Source: a virus
IMG/VR virus record: IMGVR_UViG_3300045988_105504
Length of the DNA: 38,961 nucleotides
Reading direction: 5' to 3' (one strand)
The notes under the pieces were generated by a model. It made no database searches. It worked only from the letters and a program-made list of their open reading frames with translations, and was not told the origin of the DNA. Positions 34,125 to 38,961 of this stretch are shown here, piece by piece. Both the position numbers and the translations under genes were made by a program. The first letter of the stretch is position 1; each line of letters starts with the position of its first letter.

Positions 34125-34358
34125 CTAAGCTCTAGCTTCACTCTCGACCTGATCGCAGTCGAGCTTGTCAAAATCTCTTCTTAAAATGTGCTTAATCTCG
34201 TGTAATTTGGTCTTTTTATTTGTATCTGCAGACAGAGACGGATTAAGCACAACAGTATAATATCCGTCGTCTTCCATGACAAAACCCTTGATTTTCGGAG
34301 GTATCCCCGGCAAATAAATATATCTGCAGTTATCATTAGTTAATCTATACTTTTTCAT
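34125..34358 (-). CDS. Short ImmA/IrrE-like HExxH protein (candidate anti-repressor protease)
   Basis: GYYTVVLNPSLSADTNKKTKLHEIKHIL matches the ImmA/IrrE pattern up to HExxH. Only 77 aa. Immediately downstream of the XRE repressor. Confidence 0.5.
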   Translation of the reverse strand: MKKYRLTNDNCRYIYLPGIPPKIKGFVMEDDGYYTVVLNPSLSADTNKKTKLHEIKHILRRDFDKLDCDQVESEARA

Positions 34359-34374
34359 TATTCCCTATATCTTT

Positions 34375-34752
34375 TCACTTTCTGAATTTATCTATAATTG
34401 TTTTAACCATTTCTAAGTCGTCCGCTGATACGTCTTTCGCAGCGTCGAATAATACCTTGTATTTTGGGTTTTCGTAAAGAAATTGGGCGAGTTCCTTTGC
34501 TTCCTTGTCTATGTAATATGAACCTTCTTCCTGTGACTCAGTGTCAGTTTCGGCATCATATCCCATTAACCAAAAAATCGGCACGTTCAAAGCTTCCGAA
34601 AGCTTTTCTATTGCTTGTTGCTTCGGATAATATCTTCCTGATAAGTATGAGCTTAAAGCTCCTTTATTTATACCTGTTATTTCACAGAGTTGAGTTTGGC
34701 TGTAACCGGAGTTCTCAACGGCTTTTCTTAATCTTTTTGTTCGCTCGTCCAT
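34375..34752 (-). CDS. CI-like XRE-family repressor
   Basis: HTH YSQTQLCEITGINKGALSSYLSGRYYPKQQAIEKLSEAL. Divergent from the cro-like gene across a 140-bp operator region. Confidence 0.8.
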   Translation of the reverse strand: MDERTKRLRKAVENSGYSQTQLCEITGINKGALSSYLSGRYYPKQQAIEKLSEALNVPIFWLMGYDAETDTESQEEGSYYIDKEAKELAQFLYENPKYKVLFDAAKDVSADDLEMVKTIIDKFRK

Positions 34753-34775
34753 TTGTGTTCCTCCTTATGTAATGC

Positions 34776-34803
34776 ATTATAGCACATTTTTTAGTTATGT
34801 AAA
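34776..34803 (-). promoter_or_regulatory. Leftward (repressor) promoter: TTTACA-16-TGcTATAAT on the - strand
   Basis: + strand ATTATA at 34776-34781 and TGTAAA at 34798-34803, read as a - strand promoter with an extended -10. Confidence 0.6.
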
Positions 34804-34874
34804 TATTTTTTTTAGAAAAGTAAAAATTTTGATTGACAAGAAAAGTTGCGGGGGTTATAATTTAGAAAACTAAA
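34790..34874. promoter_or_regulatory. Three operator-like 14-bp sites TTTAG-N4-(C/G)TAAA
   Basis: 34790-34803 TTTAGTTATGTAAA (overlaps the leftward -35). 34811-34824 TTTAGAAAAGTAAA. 34861-34874 TTTAGAAAACTAAA (perfect inverted repeat; starts at the last base of the rightward -10). Confidence 0.55.
34833..34861 (+). promoter_or_regulatory. Rightward early promoter, consensus TTGACA-17-TATAAT
   Basis: TTGACA at 34833-34838, 17-nt spacer, TATAAT at 34856-34861, about 30 nt upstream of the cro-like start. Confidence 0.8.
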
Positions 34875-34892
34875 CAAAAAGGAGGCGATACA

Positions 34893-35117
34893 ATGGACTA
34901 TGACTACAGCAAGCTTATGGGTAAAATCAAGGAAAAATACAAAACTCAGGCCGCATTCGCTAAAGAAATGGGCATGGGGGAGTCCACATTAAACCTTAAG
35001 CTTAATAATAAAGCTGAATGGTCACAAAATGAGATGAAAATGGCGATGTTTTATTTGGAAGTCAGCACAGATTTAATTGAAGACTATTTTTTTTCACATA
35101 AAAGTTTAGAAAACTAA
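34893..35117 (+). CDS. Cro-like HTH regulator
   Basis: YSKLMGKIKEKYKTQAAFAKEMGMGESTLNLKLNNKAEWSQNEM HTH; first gene of the rightward operon; SD AAAGGAGG. Confidence 0.7.
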   Translation: MDYDYSKLMGKIKEKYKTQAAFAKEMGMGESTLNLKLNNKAEWSQNEMKMAMFYLEVSTDLIEDYFFSHKSLEN

Positions 35118-35124
35118 ACAAAAA
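35105..35124. promoter_or_regulatory. Fourth operator copy: 20-bp exact repeat of 34861-34880
   Basis: TTTAGAAAACTAAACAAAAA is identical to 34861-34880. It covers the cro-like stop codon. Confidence 0.5.
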
Positions 35125-35141
35125 TAAAGGGAGGTGATTTA

Positions 35142-35366
35142 TTGAAGCTAAGTGTTTTGGGATACGCTTCTTTAGTAATCGGTCAAATAGCAACAATATT
35201 TATGATTAGTAGACTTAGTCGTAATGATGTAATCATTGCTAAAGGGATAGCTAAAGAAGCGTATGTGGAAGTGTTGAGGGATTTAAACAACCCTGGGATT
35301 AATCCTGAGACAAAGATGTACCTTGAGAAGGTGAAGGAACTTCTTGAGCAGGATCTGAACCATTAG
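35142..35366 (+). CDS. Small membrane protein
   Basis: TTG start 7 nt after GGGAGG; N-terminal TM segment LSVLGYASLVIGQIATIFMISRL; 74 aa. Confidence 0.5.
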   Translation: MKLSVLGYASLVIGQIATIFMISRLSRNDVIIAKGIAKEAYVEVLRDLNNPGINPETKMYLEKVKELLEQDLNH

Positions 35367-35907
35367 AAATATCGGCAATATTGTCTATGTGTTCGATTAT
35401 AGTATTGAGTGCTTTTTCATCAGATATGTGATTTGTAATTGCAATTGATATAGCTACCAAAATAGCAATGATGGCAATTATATCGCTCAAACTAACTTTA
35501 ATCATAGGCTTTTCAGAATAAACTACTGCTTCTAAATGTTTTGTTTTAATCTGGCCGACTGAGGGTAAAAGATTTGGGATGTAGATATTATCATTTTCAA
35601 TCTTAGTGTCTTTTAAAATCTCAGAAAAATGAAGATTTAATTGTTTCGCATCGGCATTAAAAGATTCAGAAATCTCAGTGTTTATAGCGGAAAAGCATGA
35701 GAAGAGAGTTTGCTTAAAATTGTTGGCTTCAGGAAGTGGGTAAAGTCTTGATAATTCCTGATTAAGTTTAACAAAAGAATCACTCATTGCTTTTATTGCT
35801 GGCTGAATGGGATAGCTCATGTTGTATTGAAATTCCTTGCCGATAGCATTTTTGAAAGCTTCAATACTTTTTTGAAGTTGTAAATAGGGATCATTACTTA
35901 TAGGCAT
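35299..35907 (-). CDS. Reverse-oriented membrane-anchored protein (moron; candidate superinfection-exclusion/defence factor)
   Basis: 202 aa; SD AGGAG 8 nt upstream of its ATG; soluble ~150-aa N-terminal region, TM segment IIAIIAILVAISIAITNHI, Ser/Pro/Gln-rich tail. Opposite in orientation to all neighbouring early genes. Confidence 0.65.
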   Translation of the reverse strand: MPISNDPYLQLQKSIEAFKNAIGKEFQYNMSYPIQPAIKAMSDSFVKLNQELSRLYPLPEANNFKQTLFSCFSAINTEISESFNADAKQLNLHFSEILKDTKIENDNIYIPNLLPSVGQIKTKHLEAVVYSEKPMIKVSLSDIIAIIAILVAISIAITNHISDEKALNTIIEHIDNIADISNGSDPAQEVPSPSQGTSLSQD

Positions 35908-35958
35908 TTAAATGTCTCCTTTAAATATTTATTTAGGTGCTGGCACACCTACAAAAGT

Positions 35959-35987
35959 ATAGTAGGAGAATTTAATAACATTGTAAA
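35959..35987 (-). promoter_or_regulatory. Candidate own promoter of the reverse-strand moron (TTTACA-17-TACTAT on the - strand)
   Basis: + strand ATAGTA at 35959-35964 and TGTAAA at 35982-35987. Confidence 0.4.
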
Positions 35988-36016
35988 TAGACAGATAAAA
36001 ATATGGAGGTGATTTT

Positions 36017-36631
36017 ATAAAAATAGAAAAATGGTGCAACCACGAAATCAGATTTGTAGAAATTAACGGAGAATGGTGGGCGGTGGCTACAGATGTGTGT
36101 GAAGCCTTAGGTTTAAAGCAAGTATCAAGAGCGTTAAGGATACTTAAAAAGGGGGTTACCAAATGTAAGACCCTTACAACAGGAGGAGAGCAGGAAGTAA
36201 ACATAATCAATGAAAAAGCAATTTATAAATTAGCTTTTAAGAGCCGAAAAAAGGAAGCAGAAGACTTCCAAGACTGGGTTGTTGATGTTGTTAAAGAACT
36301 CCGCAAAGCATCAGGCTATGAGGGCTTTGAGATATTCCGAATGCTTGATAAAGAGCATCAAAAGGAAATGATGAAAAAGCTTCAGGAAGGGCTTAAAAAG
36401 CCTGCAAGGGTTGACTTTATCAAGGCTAATACGATAGCAAATAAAGCCGTATCACTTAAACATGGCTATCCAAAGATGATAAAGAAAGCCACTATGACAC
36501 CTGAAATGCTGAAAGACAGAGAGCCGATACTTGCGGATACGGTAGAGCTGATGGCAGTCAAAGACAAGTACGGCTTAGATGTGTCAGTAAGCGATATGAT
36601 TTATAAGAAGAACGAAGAAAAGGTTGGTTAG
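36017..36631 (+). CDS. BRO-N-domain antirepressor-like protein; putative ATA start
   Basis: HEIRFVEINGEWWAVATDVCEALGLKQ is the BRO-N core and lies upstream of the first canonical start (GTG 36083). The frame opens at 35999. The only near-cognate codons are ATA 36017 and ATA 36023. GGAGG ends 7 nt before 36017. Confidence 0.75.
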   Translation: MKIEKWCNHEIRFVEINGEWWAVATDVCEALGLKQVSRALRILKKGVTKCKTLTTGGEQEVNIINEKAIYKLAFKSRKKEAEDFQDWVVDVVKELRKASGYEGFEIFRMLDKEHQKEMMKKLQEGLKKPARVDFIKANTIANKAVSLKHGYPKMIKKATMTPEMLKDREPILADTVELMAVKDKYGLDVSVSDMIYKKNEEKVG

Positions 36632-36641
36632 GGGTAAAAGA

Positions 36642-36815
36642 ATGACCGAAGAACAGAAAAGGTTAGAAAGTGTCTTACTAAGATTGGTTGAGGGTTTGTA
36701 CATAAAAGGGACAGTGGAGCAGGTATCACTGATATCTCATGAACTTATAGAATTGTGGGAGGTGACAAGAAAAGATGGATTACCCGAAGAAAATAATGAA
36801 AATGTCAGAGCTTAA
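36642..36815 (+). CDS. Hypothetical early protein
   Basis: 57 aa from ATG 36642. The track start at 36624 overlaps the upstream gene. Confidence 0.45.
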   Translation: MTEEQKRLESVLLRLVEGLYIKGTVEQVSLISHELIELWEVTRKDGLPEENNENVRA

Positions 36816-37044
36816 AAGTTTAGGTTTTCCACAACCTTTACTGATGGAAGCATATAGAGATCCAAAGCAAACATTCGCCACAAAAGTGGACCCGTCAAAA
36901 CTGAATTCGACTATCATATTCGACACGGTGGGCTTTGATAAGTGGATAGCAAAGCGAATTAAGATACAAACATCCGAGTTTGCAAGTCAAAGAAGAAGGC
37001 CTGCAAGGGGTACAGGATGGAAGATAGTAAGAGAGGTAGGATAA
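36775..37044 (+). CDS. Small putative DNA-binding protein (excisionase/HTH-like?)
   Basis: MSELKSLGFPQPLLMEAYRDPKQTFATKV...IIFDTVGFDKWIAKRI resembles the HTH_17/Xis layout. Basic C-terminus. Start uncertain (36775, 36796 or 36802). Confidence 0.45.
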   Translation: MDYPKKIMKMSELKSLGFPQPLLMEAYRDPKQTFATKVDPSKLNSTIIFDTVGFDKWIAKRIKIQTSEFASQRRRPARGTGWKIVREVG

Positions 37045-37383
37045 ATGTCGAAAAGGTACAAGGCTTGGACGGTGGAAGAGATAGAACTCTTAAAAAGCTT
37101 TATGGCTAAAGGCGAAAAAACATCAGTCATTGCTATAAGGTTACAAAGACCACACGGCAGTGTAAATGTCAAGAAAAGAGAGATTGAAAGTGGCAATCTC
37201 AGGTCCTGCCATTTTTGGACAGTCGAAGAGTTAAAAATGCTAAAAACACTACTGCAAAAGGATTTAAGCAAAAGGCAGATAGCGGAAATTATGGGAAGGT
37301 CTGAATCGTCAATAAAGAATAGATTAATCAGGATGGGAATTGATATATGGAATGAAAATTCATATCAAGCATACGTCTGCTGA
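37045..37383 (+). CDS. Protein with two tandem Myb/SANT-like HTH repeats
   Basis: AWTVEEIELLKSFMAKG...SVNVKKREIE and FWTVEELKMLKTLLQKDLSKRQIAEIMGRSESSIKNRLIRMG. Confidence 0.6.
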   Translation: MSKRYKAWTVEEIELLKSFMAKGEKTSVIAIRLQRPHGSVNVKKREIESGNLRSCHFWTVEELKMLKTLLQKDLSKRQIAEIMGRSESSIKNRLIRMGIDIWNENSYQAYVC

Positions 37384-37397
37384 GAAAAGGAGAGAAT

Positions 37398-38132
37398 ATG
37401 AAAAAGGAGTTAAAAGAGGTTTTAAACAACAATTTCACAAATATGGACCTAAGAGGATGGAGCTTCAAAGGTCAGAACTTATCAGGGGCAGACTTTACAG
37501 GTGCAGACCTTGAGGGGGCGACCTTTATAGATGCGATACTGGTTAGCACAAATTTTGAGGGTGCAAATTTAAAGAATGCAGACTTCTCATGTGTTAATGC
37601 TTGGTCAGCAAACTTTAATAACACAAACTGCAAAGATGCATTGTTCTTGTCTGCTAATTTGACGGAAGCAAGCTTTGAGGGAGCCGATCTGGACGGTGCA
37701 AGTTTCGTACAGGCTAATCTGACAGAGGCAAACCTCCAGGATACAAACATCATTACAGCTGAGTTTGATAATACAGTTGGTATTTATCCGGTATGTCCAA
37801 CAAAAGGAGTCTTTACGGCATGGACTATTGGAGATGACTTTAAAGGTAATGAATGCTTAGTAGAGGTGGTCATTCCTGTATGGGCTCAGAGAAGTTCAGG
37901 AACGACAAGAAAATGTAGGGCGGAAGCTTTGTATATCGAATCTATCAAAAGGCTGAAAGATAATTATAACCCGCTTGGAGTATCACTTAGATTTAGAGAT
38001 TATATTTTAAGTAAGAATGAGATTGTACGAGATAAGGACTATGAAGTAGACAGATTTAAAACAAGTTCAACAGATTTGTATTTTTGGATTTCAAAAGAAG
38101 AGGCACTGGCACATGCGAGGAAACGCATATGA
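37398..38132 (+). CDS. Pentapeptide-repeat protein with a C-terminal globular domain (DUF5758-like)
   Basis: About 20 consecutive A(D/N)LxX pentapeptides (GADFTGADLEGATFIDAILVSTNFEGANLKNADFSCVNAWSANFNNTNCKDALFLSANLTEASFEGADLDGASFVQANLTEANLQDTNI). A ~120-aa non-repeat C-terminus contains KCRAEALYIESI and DLYFWISKEEALAHA. Confidence 0.85.
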   Translation: MKKELKEVLNNNFTNMDLRGWSFKGQNLSGADFTGADLEGATFIDAILVSTNFEGANLKNADFSCVNAWSANFNNTNCKDALFLSANLTEASFEGADLDGASFVQANLTEANLQDTNIITAEFDNTVGIYPVCPTKGVFTAWTIGDDFKGNECLVEVVIPVWAQRSSGTTRKCRAEALYIESIKRLKDNYNPLGVSLRFRDYILSKNEIVRDKDYEVDRFKTSSTDLYFWISKEEALAHARKRI

Positions 38133-38581
38133 TAGTACATCACAATAATACGATCATACACATAGTTGACGGTCCTAAGCCCGCTTTGAGATACGAAGAA
38201 ATCCACAAAGCAATACAGCCGGGCGACACTTTCATGATGAAGTGCGAACTTTTCATAAAAGAAAATGCCGTGCCTACTGATGTAATCTGTGAGGTTGAAG
38301 TCAAGAAAGTGTATCACAACTGGTGTGAGCTAGGGGTAGTAGAAGAGCGAAAAGAAGTTGTTAGGGACAAGAAAAAGAAGAGGTCTATCAGGACAAAAAG
38401 AGTGGAGCATGATATGTCGGCTACAATTGGTCAGATACTTACAGACAGCGCTCTGGGAGCTATACTCTGCAATCCTGCTTTGAATAAGGCTCTTGAAAAG
38501 AAAACATTAAAGGAATTATTAGAAGATAAAGACCTGGGAAGAAAGCTTCTCAGTAAAGGAGGATTTAAATGTCTAATTTAA
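38129..38581 (+). CDS. Hypothetical early protein with a basic central segment
   Basis: ATG 38129 overlaps the upstream TGA (ATGA); 150 aa; KKKKRSIRTKR stretch. Confidence 0.5.
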   Translation: MIVHHNNTIIHIVDGPKPALRYEEIHKAIQPGDTFMMKCELFIKENAVPTDVICEVEVKKVYHNWCELGVVEERKEVVRDKKKKRSIRTKRVEHDMSATIGQILTDSALGAILCNPALNKALEKKTLKELLEDKDLGRKLLSKGGFKCLI

Positions 38582-38799
38582 AAGAAAATAGCATAGTTGT
38601 GCCGGATGTATGGACTGGCAAAAGATTAGAGAAAGATATAGCAGAATTTAAGAGCAGTCACAGTAAAGAGGTTGAAAAGCTAAAAAGAAAAGTTGCAGAG
38701 CTGGAGTATGATCTCGACAGTGTAGAAAAGGCTTTTTGGATAGGAGTCATAGGCTTAACAATATTTAACCTTGCGGTTGTAGCAATGTTTGTTTTTTAA
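38569..38799 (+). CDS. Small C-terminally membrane-anchored coiled-coil protein
   Basis: SD AAAGGAGGA; 76 aa; C-terminal TM segment FWIGVIGLTIFNLAVVAMFVF. Confidence 0.5.
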   Translation: MSNLKENSIVVPDVWTGKRLEKDIAEFKSSHSKEVEKLKRKVAELEYDLDSVEKAFWIGVIGLTIFNLAVVAMFVF

Positions 38800-38808
38800 G
38801 GAGGAAAA

Positions 38809-38961
38809 ATGTCAATAAAAATAAATAAGCTTGAAATAGAAAATGTAAAAAGAGTTAAGGCTGTGAAGCTTGAGCCGTCACAGACTGGATTAACTATAGT
38901 AGGTGGCAATAATAATCAAGGTAAAACAAGTGTACTTGATTCGATAGCCTGGGCTCTGGGG
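38809..38961 (+). CDS. SMC/Rad50-like AAA ATPase, 5' part (continues at nt 56 of the window)
   Basis: SD TAAGGAGGA. MSIKINKLEIENVKRVKAVKLEPSQTGLTIVGGNNNQGKTSVLDSIAWALG with Walker A GGNNNQGKTS. No stop before the window end. Confidence 0.85.
   Translation, partial: MSIKINKLEIENVKRVKAVKLEPSQTGLTIVGGNNNQGKTSVLDSIAWALG
38907..38961. repeat. 55-bp terminal direct repeat, copy 2
   Basis: Exact copy of nt 1-55. Confidence 0.95.

Larger units (their letters stand above)
1..38961. mobile_element. Complete circular genome of a temperate siphovirus-type phage (unit 38,906 bp plus 55-bp overlap)
   Basis: All phage modules are present and contiguous: recombination/replication, terS-terL-portal-MuF-scaffold-capsid, tail with a 1031-aa tape measure and no sheath, holin-endolysin, attP-integrase-repressor switch. 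Nt 1-55 are identical to 38907-38961. No host housekeeping genes. Confidence 0.9.

Noticed and set aside
37472-37753. 93-aa - strand ORF with its own repeats (FAPSKF, SAPSKLAS...)
   Set aside because: It is the antisense shadow of the pentapeptide-repeat coding region. Periodic DNA gives a periodic open antisense frame. It has no SD and is nested within a well-supported + strand gene.
1195-38128. N-terminal extensions suggested by the track for several genes (starts 1195, 7713, 9033, 10295, 12058, 20204, 25257, 29780, 29983, 30530, 36624, 38084)
   Set aside because: In each case an internal ATG/GTG/TTG with a GGAGG-type SD at 5-10 nt, often overlapping the upstream stop (ATGA/TAATG), gives a product starting at the conserved N-terminus. 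The longer forms overlap upstream genes and add improbable residues.
1-38961. Stop-codon reassignment or alternative genetic code
   Set aside because: All large conserved genes (helicase, primase-helicase, terL, portal, MuF, tape measure, integrase) are uninterrupted under the standard code, and TAA, TAG and TGA all terminate well-defined genes.

Overview
The window is one complete, circularly closed genome of a temperate siphovirus-type phage. The unit length is 38,906 bp. Nt 1-55 recur exactly at 38907-38961, so the linear window is cut through a gene. GGAGGTGA-type Shine-Dalgarno sites, an AT-rich genome, cell-wall-binding-type repeats in the lysin and an attP made of the 3' half of tRNA-Lys(UUU) suggest a low-GC Gram-positive (Bacillota) host. 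Gene order on the + strand: cro-like gene, early genes (BRO antirepressor, Myb-like protein, pentapeptide-repeat protein), SMC-like ATPase (wraps the junction), Sak4-like recombinase, DUF669 protein, SF2 helicase, primase-helicase, iteron origin, RusA, PAPS-reductase-like enzyme, DUF4406 protein, small proteins, MazG-like protein, DUF1492-type late activator. These are followed by terS, terL, portal, MuF, scaffold, capsid, head-tail joining proteins, tail tube, G/GT chaperones, tape measure, distal tail/fibre genes, holin, endolysin and attP. On the - strand: integrase, DinD-like protein, ImmA-like protein, CI-like repressor, plus one reverse-oriented membrane-protein moron inside the early operon. 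I found no CRISPR array, no complete tRNA or rRNA gene, no reverse transcriptase or DGR, and no stop-codon recoding. Main observations: (1) three genes (terS, BRO antirepressor, a 52-aa late mini-gene) whose N-termini can only be reached from ATC/ATA codons placed correctly behind strong SD sites; (2) an orphan promoter-terminator unit, a candidate ~80-nt sRNA, antisense to the DinD-integrase junction; (3) a repressor-ImmA-DinD lysogeny operon; (4) a reverse-strand, self-promoted membrane protein as a candidate exclusion or defence moron; (5) a MuF head protein fused to an HExxH metallopeptidase-like domain with a coupled small acidic ORF; (6) an early pentapeptide-repeat (DNA-mimic type) protein; (7) a PP-loop enzyme, DUF4406 and MazG nucleotide module with a duplicated Cys motif; (8) a terminator-rich late operon with a lambda-6S-like leader. 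None of these functions is proven by sequence alone.
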